A stretch of 35,568 nucleotides of DNA from positions 1-35,568 of the forward strand of contig NW_021829625.1 of the NCBI RefSeq assembly GCF_006345805.1, given 5' to 3'. The translations under genes and the position numbers were made by a program. Origin of the DNA: Octopus sinensis (Eukaryota). Numbering within the stretch: position 1 is the first letter of the stretch; each line of letters opens with the position of its first letter. The notes beneath the pieces are model-generated. The model worked only from the letters and a program-made list of their open reading frames with translations. It was not told the DNA's origin and did no database searches. Of the stretch, positions 10,742-23,656 are shown piece by piece.

Positions 10742-11683
10742 CTGTAAATGTAATATGCGACAATTATTCGGTAGCCATGTTAAAACTCCGAGTTTCGGAT
10801 GCCGAGGTGGAAATCCACGCCGCCATCTCTTCAGTTATCCGGCCATCTGAAAATATGCTATGAAAAATTACCGTTATACAAAAGGAAATTGCTGTGTGAT
10901 TGACCGTTATTAAGACAAAAGAGCTATCTGAATGACCGCTAAGTAAGGAAAGGGAGTAAAAGTAAGGGAAGGGAGTAAAAGTATGGAGATAAAAAGTTCA
11001 TAGTATTCGCGTATGCGTGCATGTTCATACCTACACATGTGCGCCCGCACACCTACGTGCGTGCGCCTAGAAGTATACATTCATCCACCCTCACTTGAAA
11101 ACGTACACATCCTTACTCTCACCATTCGCCAAATGTATATGTATATACATACAAACCCACACACGCACACGCGCACCATAAAGGTTCATACATACGTCTA
11201 TATACACACAAGCACAAGAAAAAACAGGGCTAAGGGTAACAATACAGAAAAAGGTATAAGGGAGTATACAAAGAGTAAACGACGTCTATATACGCATATA
11301 CCCATATGCACGCACACACACACGCCTATATACGCACATACCCGCACACGTCTATATACGCGCACACACGCACGCACAAAAAGAATCATACATACGTCTA
11401 TATGCACACATACACAAGAAAAAACAGGGCTAAATGCAAAAATACAGGGAAAAATGTGAAATAATATTGAGTAAAATACGTCTATATACGCACGTACTCG
11501 CATGCACGCACACACGCACACATCCACACACGCGCAAAAGATTCCATATACACGTCTATATACGCACAGGGACTTTTATCATAACTACCGAATAACTGTC
11601 ACATATTACATTTACAGATAAATTCCTCTATTTACATAATATCGAGGTTTCTTTCTTTCTTTTGTTGTCTTACCATATTTAAC

Positions 11684-11685
<2 letters not shown>
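10741..11685 (-). mobile_element. non-autonomous Penelope-like derivative: pLTR-like end at 10741-10895 plus an inverted copy of the same end at 11574-11685
   Basis: 10741-10895 is homologous to 25640-25790, which lies downstream of the GIY-YIG ORF. 11574-11628 is an inverted copy of 10741-10790 and continues with the family 3' end seen at 25575-25640. Embedded in TA tracts. Confidence 0.7.
10759..10839 (-). ncRNA. hammerhead-like motif (variant or degenerate)
   Basis: Minus strand: GATAA CTGAAGA GATG..GTGGA TT TCCAC..CATC C GAAAC TCGG..CCGA ATA A TTGTC. Has a C:A mismatch in stem III and an imperfect stem I register. Confidence 0.5.
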
Positions 11686-11715
<30 letters not shown>

Positions 11716-11742
11716 GGGAGAGAGAGAGAGAGAGAGAGAGAG

Positions 11743-11789
<47 letters not shown>

Positions 11790-12436
11790 GGACACATTCT
11801 CATATATGTTGCTATAAAAACATCTCTGGTTATTAGAGAAGGGCTTTGTTAGGGGAGATTTTCAGTTTTAATTTTTCTATTGTCGAAGATTCATAGTTTT
11901 GCCAATGGATTCAGACGTTGTTCGCAAACAGCTGCAGTAACTTTCTTCAGCTGAATACACGTCACTGATTGCTTAAAATTACCCAAATACGACATCTTTA
12001 ACACGAAATAACATTTAAAATACAATATTTTATCAAAAACGTTAAGAGTAAACCTTGTTCTATGTGACAGATTCAACCAGTATCCGAGGTTTCAAACTGT
12101 TTAGTTTAAAAAGCTTTTAAAATGTCTGTGACTGAGATTAACAAGATCCATAATTTCTCTTTGAATATTTCAATATTTCTTCAATAGTAAGCAAACATTT
12201 TTTGCACATTTACTGATTGATACTGCGATCACTTTTTACACATGTACTGTAAAGTGTCTTTTATAAGAATATTCCACAATGCATATTTCTAACCGAACAT
12301 AAATTTTCAAAATATTGTTGTTTTTGTTTGAATCATTTTATGTTGGTACGATTTATAACCCGCTCAATATCACTCTTGCCGACTGAAACAGTTACTTATC
12401 TCGTGTGATAACTACATTAGGCATTAAATCACTTAC

Positions 12437-12549
12437 CTGAACATAATCATCTTTAAAGATCAGCAAGTTTGGGTTGGGACCGAACCACAAGCACAGTATA
12501 CCCTTTTCCCGGTATTCATCTACGTATCGCATCAGATTTTTATAAACCA
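12437..12549 (-). CDS. CYP4: cytochrome P450 family 4, gene copy B, exon 2
   Basis: TTTCAG acceptor and GTAAGT donor; 113 nt; translates (V)VYKNLMRYVDEYREKGILCLWFGPNPNLLIFKDDYVQ with the CYP4-type LWxGPxP motif; phase compatible with exon 1. Confidence 0.9.
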
Positions 12550-13308
12550 CTGAAATAAAAACAAAATCTGAAGTTGATGTATGTATTTACAAACAAAGAC
12601 GAAATAATGTGTCGGGTACCTTTGGGCTTACTCCAGAATGGTTCCTGGGGCGTCTAGTTGTATGAATAACTTGTTACAGTGCTAAAAATATCTGTTAATA
12701 TTTTATGTTGAATAGTGAGTAATGTTATATTGCCCAAGTATTGTAACGCAATCGAATGTTGTTAAACGTTTAAATCTACAGTGTTGTTAAGCATCCGCTT
12801 GAAAAGTAATGGTACCTAAGAATTTATTTGAATTAAATTTATTAAAGACTGAAAAGAATTGTCTTCGGTTTAACATTTCCAACGTAAGCCTTCCTTCACA
12901 CAGAATTTAATTATTGTGAAATAATAAATAAAAATGTATCACGGTACCAGTGTAGGATTTAAAGGTTTTGCTTACATCGACCGTAAATGTAGGACCCTCT
13001 TTGTATTTAACTAGCTTGCTAGAAATAGCAGTCAAATTATATTCCAGTTACACGCTACCGTCTTGAAAAAAAATACTGAATAATGTATTCGTAGATATGA
13101 AATACCCGAGATAAAGACAGCTCCATATCTAGAACACATTTGATCAAAGATTCATTCAGTCACTGCTGACTGGAAGCAGTTAAACATTATCGTCATCATA
13201 AAGTCTAATATAAACACATGGTTCTCCGATAAAGAGGGAAGAATTGAGCGTGCAGATTTAAAACTGAAGATACAATTAATAAATTAAAGTGAAGTGAAAA
13301 ACACAAAC

Positions 13309-13468
13309 CCATATTATTTCCTCGGAGTCGTGGTACATCGCCGATTAGATGCCAACTCTTCATACATGGTACGTTCCCGTAGAGTTTTAGCTTTTTCAAA
13401 TACCATTGTAGAAAATGTACAATGATGCAAGCAATTGTAACTAATAATATAGTAGAAGAGACCAACAT
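13309..13468 (-). CDS. CYP4: cytochrome P450 family 4, gene copy B, exon 1
   Basis: ACC-ATG start; hydrophobic anchor MLVSSTILLVTIACIIVHFLQWY; basic KKLK; hinge GNVPCMKSWHLIGDVP; phase-1 donor G|GTTTGT at 13309/13308. Confidence 0.85.
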
Positions 13469-13745
13469 GGTAACACCTCACACGGTTAGATACAGTGTTA
13501 ACTGTAATGATTTAGGACAACTTCTGCTTCAGTTAGGAAGTCAGAACATCGGAACGCAATGATACGCTTGGCAGAATAAAAATAACTCATTTACATGTCA
13601 ATTGGTTTCATACAATAGTAATGTTTCAAATTATGATACAATTCGAGGGAGGGGTAATTCGATAACATATTAACTCTTACTTCTTTTATCGATCTTGAAA
13701 GGATGAAAGGCAAAACCAACTTCGGTGGTATTTCAACACAAACAA

Positions 13746-14171
13746 GGCGGCGAGCTGGCAGAAACGTTAGCACGCCGGGCGAAATGCTTTGCGGTATTTC
13801 GTCTGCCGTTACATTCTGAGTTCAAATTCCGCCGAGGTCGACTTTGCCTTTCATCCTTTCGGGGCCGATTAAATAAGTACCAGTTATGCACTGGGGTCGA
13901 TATAATCGACTTAATCCGTTTGTCTGTCCTTGTTTGTCCTCTGTGTTTAGCCCCTTGTGGGTAATAAAGAAATAGAAATAGGTATTTCGTCTGCCGTTAC
14001 GTTCTGAGTTCAAATTCCGCCGAGGTCGACTTTGCCTTTCATCCTTTCGGGGTCGATAAATTAAGTACCAGTTACACACTGGGGTCGATATAATCGTCTT
14101 AATCCGTTTGTCTGTCCTTGTTTGTTCCCTCTGTGTGTAGCCCCTTGTGGGTAGTAAAGAAATAGGTATTT
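13746..14171 (+). mobile_element. SINE family B, one full copy plus a tandem 5'-truncated copy
   Basis: GGCGGCGAGCTGGCAGAA head and GAGTTCAAATTCC B-box-like motif; tail CCCCTTGTGGGTAATAAAGAAATA. Second copy starts at GGTATTTC (13981). Many other copies occur in the window. Confidence 0.85.
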
Positions 14172-14217
14172 CAAGACAAACTTCATATGTACCCCTGCAG
14201 GCAAATATTTGTGTGTG

Positions 14218-14303
<86 letters not shown>

Positions 14304-14376
14304 TGTGTGTACTGTATGCAGTTAACAGTTGAGATCTAGAGAAAAGTAAAAATGAAAATATTCAAAAGATCAATAA

Positions 14377-14770
14377 TAGGTTGTCCCGAAAGTTCTGAGC
14401 GTTTTTTAAGCTAAATCATTTAATGCTTCATTAAAAACACCTGAAACGTAACACAGTTAAAACTTTGGCATTGCTAGAAGTGATAGAGCATCTCTTCTCC
14501 GTTCCTGACTAAGAATAGATTTATCTTTCTTTCCAGTTACCCTTTATTGACATTTGAAATAGAAAACCATATATTTCATATTCCCATTGTAATACTTAAA
14601 AAAAAAGAGAGAGAGAGAGAAAATTCTGCAAAGACTTGCAAAAGCATTTGTAGAGTTTATGGTGATGCTACTGTCGGTCAATCAACTGTTCGGAGGTGGT
14701 TTGCAAAATCTAAAGCTGGAAAGTTTAGATTCTGCCAGCTCGCCGCCTTAATTTCGAAAGCATTATCTTC
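14377..14770 (+). mobile_element. mariner 5' remnant
   Basis: TIR-like GGTTGTCCCGAAAGTTCTGAGCGTTTTTT; degenerate HTH (NSAKTCKSICRVYGDATVGQSTVRRWFAKSKAG). Confidence 0.7.
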
Positions 14771-14867
14771 AAGATATAATGTTAGGAAGTACCAGTCCTA
14801 TTGCAGTAATATGTAATTCAGGCCATAGCCTAATAAAAACAGGACACCGAACGCCGGCTGTAGATAA

Positions 14868-16450
14868 GATTTATTTCTTTATTACCCACAAGGGGCAAAC
14901 ATAGAGGGGACAGTATAAAACGTGTAGGGACAAAAGACGAATGAAAGAAAAATGAAATAAAAATGAAAAGATTAATGAAACCTTTTGGCCCAACCTCCGA
15001 GCGACTGCATTTATTTTTTTAATACGATCTTAAATGCAATCAAACCCCATCTGTCGGTAGAATGTCAATATTGAAATATCTCGGAGATTACGATAGTTTA
15101 TATACTTTGGTACTTGACTGGTGTCCATTGTCTTCTCCCAGTATTCAAAGTATTTATTGCAGTTAACCATTTTTGACGTTTGATCCCGCTTTGCCAGCAC
15201 ACAATTATAATGCCATGGTATACTACTATAATCTGCCGCATTAACTGTTATTGCATCCTCCCGAGTATTTATCTCGTTGTATAGGTCTTTATTTAAATCC
15301 TCGTATATCACTACGTATTTTGTTTTTTCACAAGTTGAGGGAGGAGAGTTTTGGGGCTCCTGTATGTTTGCGTTTTTCTTTCTATCGGTGGGGTGTGGGA
15401 AGGGTTAGCGTCTGTAGGGGGAGGATGGGGCAAAGTGGGTGTGGGTGGATTTTGGGTGGGTTTAGGATAGGGGTCGACATCAACAGGGTGTACCTTTTCA
15501 TCTGTTTTCTCTGTTTCCTTCAGACCGTTTCCCAATCATATCCTTCGTTGTTTACTTCTTCCTCAGCACTTGAGTTTTCTTTTGTTGGTGTTGGAGGTGC
15601 GACTTCCTCCTTGCTTACGGGTTTTTCTTGAGGTTTTTTGGGCGGCGGAAGACAGTCCGCACTCATGTTGCCTTTTAGACCACACTTGTAGCAACACGGG
15701 GTCCTGTCCGCCACTCTGATCTTCTATAGAGATAGTTCATACAATATTTTTAAGGTCCTCCGGTGCCGCCAGGGTAATCATATCCAGGCTCTGCCCTTGC
15801 CAATTCTTATGAGCTGTTCTTGTGGCTTGGAGGACCACTATCTTATCTTCATTGCCCAGCAGTATGACAGCTACTGGCCAGGCTACGTCAATCTCTGGTG
15901 GTTCATCTACCCTAACACTGGAAGCACGTCTCCCAAGGTATAGGGATAGAAGTACAACTTCTCTGTCTTTAATGGGGTTGCAGAATATAACCTGGCAATA
16001 GCTACCTCTCAGAAATGTACCTACACTGTTCCGAACTTCATTCCTCTGGCAAGGTACGAAAATCCTTACCAAAGTGGTTTCAAGGCTTTTTCTACTTGCG
16101 TGGTCGTCATTTTTCCGATTTTCTTTGTTTTCATGGAGTACGTCCTATATATTATAGTTTTCTCCTTGGTAGTTTTCAAAATTCCTTGGGAAATGGACAC
16201 CATTGCGTCGCACCCCTCCTAGAAAGCATGTTTTTATATTTGCTAAGTTTTGTTAGTTCGACTTCATTACTGTGGTTCTTGGCGATAGCCGCAAATTTCT
16301 TTTCTTCACCTGCTCTTCCTTTACTTCGACACACCTCAATAGTTCCTCCTCAGAAGAGTAAGCCCCGTGGAGGTGAGGCTTTCGTACTCCATCGTTAATA
16401 CATGTGCTACCCACTTCTGCGAAGGGAGAAAGCAGCAACAGACTGCTGTC
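14868..16450 (-). mobile_element. degenerate ORF1-only non-LTR retroelement (zinc knuckle), copy A
   Basis: CYKCGLKGNMSADC knuckle (H>N). The upstream segment VVLLSLYLG..VAWPVAVILLG..VVLQAT is homologous to copy B. The 3' tail matches SINE family B. The 5' boundary is approximate. Confidence 0.7.
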
Positions 16451-16755
16451 AGGCAGTAAAACAAGTGTAACAAAGTGTTTAAAAAGCACCAAATAATTTT
16501 AACAATAAACGATTCAACACGTACGTCAATACTGTAGATAAGACTAGTTTGAAAAAAAACATTTATTGTAGCAAAAATATTTACAGCAGGTTTTGTAGAT
16601 AGGAAAAGACTCAATCAGAATTAACCATCATACAAACGTGCACGCGCGATAGACTGAATTACACATAACACGTAGTCGTAAGTTCAAGTTGTAACAAATG
16701 TTAAGTAACAAATTCGAATCCAGGAGAAGCTACACTTCATGTCAATACTGCCATC

Positions 16756-17188
16756 GGATCTTTTCGGTTTGAACGGCAGTTTTTTTCTAGCGGCGTCATA
16801 TGAAATTGTCCCCCATAATTATAACCCTAGTATCGATCTGTTGCATTTCAATCTGTTTTAGGGTTAAGGTTAGTTAGGGTTAGGATTAGGGGTGGGGGGA
16901 AGGGTATCTTTTTTTCTTCATAAATGTAAATAAACCCAATCTGTTTCTTAAACGAGGGACATATTCATACGGCACAGAATGTTTTCACTTTAATAGACGT
17001 CATTGATTGGTTAAAATTGCAGAAATTGAAGGAAAAAAACAACAAATATCTTACAAACTATAAAATTTTCTCAATAAAGCCAAGAGAAAAAGATGTTTTA
17101 TAAACACATTCTACCAGTATACGAAGCTTAAAAGTGTTTAGTTACGTGGAAATTATTTTAAAATCTACCGTTCAAACCGAAAAGATTC
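16756..17188. mobile_element. MITE with ~24-bp TIRs and 8-bp TSD; contains TTAGGG-like repeats
   Basis: Left end GGATCTTTTCGGTTTGAACGGCAG; the right end reverse complement is GAATCTTTTCGGTTTGAACGGTAG. Flanks CTGCCATC (16748-16755) and CTGCCACC (17189-17196). Confidence 0.88.
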
Positions 17189-18104
17189 CTGCCACCTATT
17201 TCTATTGGGAATATACCGGTGCAATAAGTTTTTGTTGCATGTAAAGTGTTTTCAAGCAGGTATTTGCTAAGCGCCAACTCTACACTTCTGAGTTCATATG
17301 GACGATCGACAAGAAGCTCACTGCAAACTTGCGGGATATTATTCACTCCATATTCACCCCTTGATGGTTGTATATATTTTGGCTAATAAAGTTTAACACA
17401 TTTGATTTGTAAATCCTAAATTGTCCAAGGGCTGCAGAGAATAAATTAAGATAAACTATTATGAGCACTTTTGTATTTGTAAAGAGAGGATCTTTGTATA
17501 CGCTTCTGCGATGTTTTTGTCAATTTAACTCTTGGTTTCTTTTCTTTTAGCGAATTTAGGCCCCGTTGTATAAAAAGTTTTTATGTTACCCAAATGATAA
17601 ACAGGATGTGAAGTTTAATGTAAGTAAACATTTATGTTAGCAATTAGTGGAGACATCATTTAATTTATTCTTTTGACATTTTCTGTCATTGAAGTGCAGC
17701 CATGCAGAATGCATTGACACTATACGCATACACAAACACTAACATATGCTTGTTTGAATGTCTGTTTAGGTGGATGAGGCTGGGTGTGTAATTTCTGATA
17801 TCGCTGACTGACTGCTGTAATTTCAACACAAGTGTATATGAAGTCTACGACAGCGGAAAATCAAACCCAAATGTATGCAACATAATATAACGACCTTTCA
17901 TGATTAAAGTGCAAGCCACTTTATTAGTAAAAACTTGAACAATTTCCATTTACAACAAAAGACTAAATGAATTTCATATTCTCAATATCACAGCTGAATA
18001 TATGACTATTACTACTACTTCTGCTACGCTTACGATTATGCCAGTTCGCTGCCTTAAATATTTAACAACAAACAACAGCAACATTAAGAACATTTCAATT
18101 TTTT

Positions 18105-18540
18105 TCCACACGGGGACAGCTTAAGGGAGGTGGGGATGAGTCGATTACATCGACCCCAGTGTCCAACTTGTACTTATTTTATCGACCGCGAAAGGATGAA
18201 GGGCAATTCGATCTCGCTGGAATTTGAACTCAGAACATTGTGACGGGCGAAATATCGCTAAGCATTTCGTCCAGTGCGCTAACGATTCTGCCAGCTTGCC
18301 ACCTTAACAGCCACAACAACAAAAATAATAATTTCAAACTTTGGCACAAGGCAATCAATTTCTGGGAAGGTGTAAGTCGGTTGCATCGATTCCAGTGTTC
18401 AAATGGTACTTATCTTTTCGACCCCGAAAAGATGAAATACAAAGTCGACTTCGGCAGAGTTTGAACTCAGAAAGTGAAGACAGACGAAAGGTCGCTAAGC
18501 ATTTTGCCGGTGCGCTTACGATTCTGCCGCCATGCCGCCT
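18105..18540 (-). mobile_element. two degenerate SINE family B copies
   Basis: Reverse-complement matches to the 13746 SINE (TTTGAACTCAGAA, GCTAACGATTCTGCCAGC). Confidence 0.75.
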
Positions 18541-18542
18541 TC

Positions 18543-18587
<45 letters not shown>

Positions 18588-18610
18588 TATAATAATAATA
18601 ATAATAATAA

Positions 18611-20048
18611 CCTCTATCTGATATGCTAAATAGAACTGGATGCGGATATAATGTTACGGCAAAACGATCAGCCACCTTTTATATATGGATGACCTAAAAC
18701 TATACGCTGCAAATGACAAACAGCTGGAAACACTATTAAAGACAGTTCATGGATTTACCAAAGAAATAGATATGAAATTTGGATTAGAAAAATGCGCCAA
18801 AGTAACCATGAAAAGAGGAAAACTAGTTAAGAGTAACAACATCACACTAGATAAAACCAATGAAATAAAAGAATTAGACCAAAGCCAAACTTACAAATAG
18901 TTAGGAATCCATGAACTAGATAAGACACAACACACACAAATGAAAGAGAAAATAAAAAAAAGAATATATAGACGAGTTAGATCAATACTAAAACAACAGA
19001 GCTCAATGCTAAAAACAAGATAATAGGTATCAACACTTTAGCTGTCCAGTTATAAGTTACAGCTACAATATACTTAACTGGACACGAAATGAACTGTCCA
19101 AAATAGATAGGAAAACAAGAAAAATAATGACAGGATCTAGGATGCATCACCCAAAATCTGACATAGAAAGACTATATATACAACGTATAGAAGGTGGTAG
19201 AGGCCTTATACAGCTGGAAAACTACTATAAAATAACCACCATAGGACTGCAAAAATACCTACTTCAGAAGGAAGGAAAACTGATCCAGATAGCAGCAAAA
19301 CACGAGCAAAACAAAAAGCTGTTCTCAGTATTTAAGGAAGCTGACAAATACAAACAAGAAATCATACCACCTAATAAACACAAAGAAGAAGAAGATGATG
19401 AAGAAACAACCAAAGCTATAAAACAAATGAAAACCAAACTAAAAATAGAACACCAACGAGTCATGATAAAACGATGGCAAGAAAAGCCCCTTTATGGTAA
19501 ATACTGCACTAAACTAAACGCAAAAGAAATAGACAAAGAAAAATCCCAGCAATGGTTGAGAAGCTCAGGACTCAAAGCAGAAACAGAGGGATTTTTAATT
19601 GCAGCACAAGACCAAAGCCTCCCCACCAGAAATTACCAAAAACATGTAATGAAAAGAAATATTACAAGTAACTGCAGAATATGTGGAGATGGACAAGAAA
19701 CAATAAATCATATTATCTCTAAATGCCCAGTCCTGGCTAAGAAGGAATATATTCACAGACATGACAGAGTTGGAACCTACATACATTGGAAGCTATGCCA
19801 CATTATGGAATAACAACAGAAAAAAGATGGTATAGGCACACACCAGAAAAGGTCACAGAAAACGAGAAAGCAACATACTCTGGGATATGCCGATACACAC
19901 AGATAGAGAATTAAGGCCAACAGACCAGATATAGTTGTCAGAGATCATGAAGAAAAAAAATGCTTTCTAATTGATGTATCAATACCGGCAGATGACAACG
20001 TGTCTCTAAAAGAAATGGAGAAACTCTCAAAATACAAAGACCTGGAAA
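18611..20048 (+). mobile_element. non-LTR retrotransposon fragment, R2 superfamily (R4/Dong-like): RT C-terminus, CCHC and restriction-like endonuclease; disrupted
   Basis: LYMDDLKLY; FGLEKCA; LYIQRIEGGRGL; CRICGDGQETINHIISKC; RHDRV; RPDIVV..LIDVSIP..KLSKYKDL. Contains stops and frameshifts and is truncated at both ends. Confidence 0.92.
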
Positions 20049-20162
20049 CGTTAATCCTCCTTCTTCCCTTCTTTCCTGAGCGTCCAATAATACTTTATTT
20101 GTTCCACGTCCTCACGTGCTGTGTTTTTTTTTGTTTTCTTTTTTGTGTTTTCTTGTTTGGAT

Positions 20163-20259
<97 letters not shown>

Positions 20260-20274
20260 CATACATATACATAT

Positions 20275-20870
20275 ATTGGGTCATCCCGTAAATAATGCGG
20301 TTTTTTTATACTTTTATTTTTCCACATTAAGATAAAGTTCTTTTTAATCCAAAATATACTCTCCTTCATTTTCTACAATGCTCTTCCAACCATCTGGATG
20401 ACTTGCAAGGCACCTCTTCCAAACTTCACTAGTCTGTGACGAAAAATACTCCTCCAGTACTCTTCTGACCTAGTCTATACAATTCATATTTTTTCCGTCT
20501 ACATAATTTTGAAGACTGCGGAATAAATGATAATCAGATTGGGCAATGTCTGGTGAATATGATAGGTGGGGCATCATTTTCCGATCAAACCGCTCAAGCC
20601 TTTGGAATGTCATACTCGATGTATGTGAACGAGCATTATCCTGATGGAAGAACACCTTTCGTCTTGAAACCAAAGATGGTCATTTTACTTCGAGCACTGA
20701 CTTAAGCCGCTCAAACTGCTCGCAGTAGACCTCCTTTCGTTTTGGTTTAAATGTTCAAAATAGACTAAACCTTTCACATCCCACCAAACAAATAGCAACA
20801 CCTTACGTGAGTGAAGAGCTTTTATCTGAGGAGCCGGTCGGGTTCATTTTTAGTACTCTCGCTTGTGAGA
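20275..20870 (-). mobile_element. mariner 3' remnant with TIR (D34D catalytic region)
   Basis: TIR TATTGGGTCATCCCGTAAATAATGCGGTTTTTT after a TA tract; translation FHQDNARSH..PHLSYSPDIAQSDYHLF; upstream KVLLFVWWD. Confidence 0.88.
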
Positions 20871-20965
20871 ACAGTCAAGTTTATTTCAGATAGTCTCATT
20901 TTAAAAATCATCGGCTAATCGTTGAGATGACTTTGGCGGAGGATTGCGCTCTCTGAGTGCTCTTG

Positions 20966-21001
20966 TTATCATCATCATCATCATGTTATCATCATCATGT
21001 T

Positions 21002-21043
<42 letters not shown>

Positions 21044-21120
21044 TCCTCATCATCCTCATCATCATCATCATCATTATTACTATTACTATCATTATTATAT
21101 TATTATTATTATTATTATTA
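20966..21120. repeat. (ATC)n/(ATT)n compound microsatellite
   Basis: Direct reading. Confidence 0.95.
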
Positions 21121-22388
21121 CACACACATACTTACATTTCTCTGTGTTAATATTTGTACCCCCATCGCATGATAACTGCTGTTGGTCTTTTTACGTCCCC
21201 ACAACTTAACAGTTTGACAAAAGAAATGTTAGAGTAAATAGCAGATTTAAAAGATTAGTACTCTGGTTGATTTATTTGAGTGAACACTTCAAAGGGCTTC
21301 CGGGAATTTATGATTCTTGGGAATGTCCCTCAATTGTCCTTTATCCATTGATTGAGAAAATACTAGCGATAAATGTAAACCGATTAAGACCTGTCTTGCT
21401 TACTTGTTTTTAAGTGTTCCAATAATTTTTGAAAATTTGCCGCTATAAGGATTTTCATTATTTTTTTATATCTTCCTTTTTATGTAACTAAATACTACAA
21501 GAAGAAGCTGGATGGTTCTTTCTTGTTTCTTACCTGTTGGTTCTGTAATTTAGGAACTACGTTCAGTTTGCTTTCGTTCATTGTAATAACAGCAACAACA
21601 ACAACAAAAGCTAGTATATTCCAGCCAATAAGTAGGACAAGCGGGTGGTTAGAGACTATATTGCTTTTACACTCTAAGCATCCCCAGCCTCTCAACCAGT
21701 CAGTAACCCAAGTCTTTCTGCTACCAAAAGAGCAGTGGGAGTAGCAATAACAACATATAAAAATGTCTAAATCATAAGTTCAACACGAATAAGAATATAA
21801 AAAATAAATAAAGAGCAACAGCATGTTCAGGGGCGATAACAGTTCCCGCAGTGACGCCCCCTCACTAATTTCTAGCAATCAGCTTCTTGCCGCTCCAAGA
21901 AGTATACTAATATCCACCACCACCACCACCATCGCAAAGACCACCGGTACCATTCCTACGTCAGCAGTTGGCTGTAGCCACAACAAAACTGTCGCTACGA
22001 GCTCAATATGGAGCAAGCCGACTCTTAGAAATATCAGGTTTCGGCTGTAAGCAGACCCACCAGAACCACCCCATCTACTGTAGCCGGCAACAGCAGTCGA
22101 AACAACATTAACAGTAAAAGATACAGCCAAGTAGTTGCAAAGGCTAGGTTCTTTTCCAGTGAGCTAGAAAAACACTCAGATTATCGAATGAAAATCTAAA
22201 TGACGATTTGTCCAAAAAGTGGGAGAGAATGTCATCCTGGCCGCGCGCCAGAAGATCTATACAATGGTGTATGAAGTCGGAGAGTGGAAAGCATCATGGC
22301 GTGGTTAAAGTAAGATTCCTCTTTGAGACTGGAAAGAAGAAATCATTAGTTCCAGTAACAGAGGAAGTATCAATTCTGACCCAATCAC

Positions 22389-22641
22389 ATTCCTTTATTC
22401 GTTTATTCGTTTCAGTCATTTTGACTGCGGCCATAATGCAGCACGGCCTTTAGTCGAGCAAATCGACTTATACTTGTACTTATACTTTGTAAACATAGTA
22501 CTTATTCTATCGGTCGCTTATGCCGAACCGTTAAGTTACGGGGATGTAAACACACCAGCATCGGTTGTCAAGCGATGTTGGGATATACACACACATACAA
22601 ACATATACATACACTTACATACATACATACATATATATATA

Positions 22642-22675
<34 letters not shown>

Positions 22676-22831
22676 CGACGGGCTTCTTTCAGTTTCCTCC
22701 TACCAAATCCACTCACAAGGCTTTAGTCGGCCCGAGGCTATAGTAGAAGACACTTTCCCAAGGTGCCACGCAATGGTACTGAACCTGGAAACACGTGGTT
22801 GGTTAGCAAGCTACTTACCACACAGCCACTC
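22389..22831 (-). mobile_element. tRNA-derived SINE family A with an internal microsatellite
   Basis: Reverse complement of the 31107 SINE: A-box TGGCTGTGTGG, B-box-like GGTTCAGTACC, tail GGCCGCAGTCAAAATGACTGAAAC. Confidence 0.85.
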
Positions 22832-23529
22832 CTGCTGGCTAATAAAGAAGGCGACTATAGCTGATGTGCTACCGCAAATAAACGTCAGCACATCTGCAGC
22901 AGCGAACCAGTAGCAAACATCACAGCCGCAGTGAGAAAAACAGGAAGAAGTGTAGCAGCCACCGGAGCAGCAATTCCATCACTAATTCTACTAATAACAA
23001 GAACCATTTCAACAAATAAAACAAAAAAACCACCAAAACTGAACAGGTTATCTCAAGTCCCTCAGTTTAACCTTCTCCTCAGCAATACTCAAGCACATAT
23101 ATGCAGACGGACAATTCTCCGCCGCATCAGAATTGCTTGATTTTACAACCCACTTCATGCTCTGAAATCAAGGCACAAACCGTCACTAAAGGCAGTCATC
23201 GAGGATGAAAGCAAAAACGTAGAAAATGAAAATTTAAATAAAAATAAAGAAATATGAGAAAAAAAAAAGCAGCTTTGTGGATCGAGAGGGAGAGCTTCCT
23301 TTTAGCTGTCACGGGCTCGCATTATGAATATCAAAACAACTACAAAAGATAAAAGAAAAGGAAAAACAAATCAATCAAAGCTGCAACCACACCATCAATA
23401 AAAAGGAAATAAACACAAGCATTACGTTATTAAAAGAAAAAACAACAGTAAAATACGTCAAAAACGAATTCTAACAACTTAGCTGTTGCAGGAAGAAAGA
23501 ATAATGAGTTGATGGAGAATATAAACAAC

Positions 23530-23656
23530 GGATCCTTCGGTTCGAACGGCAGTTTTTTCTAGCGGCGTGTATAGGAAATTCTTACCCATAATTATGACCC
23601 TAGTATCGATCTATTGCATTTCAATCTGTTTTAGGGATAGGGTTAGTTAGGGTTAG
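23530..23656. mobile_element. truncated copy of the 16756 MITE
   Basis: GGATCCTTCGGTTCGAACGGCAGTTTTTTCTAGCGGCG...TTAGGGTTAG aligns to 16756-16885. Confidence 0.85.

Noticed and set aside
16858-16899. True telomere or chromosome end
   Set aside because: Only a few degenerate TTAGGG units, internal to a TIR-bounded MITE.
17158-17346. ORF as a missing CYP4 terminal exon
   Set aside because: No P450 similarity in any frame I read, and the ORF runs into the MITE.
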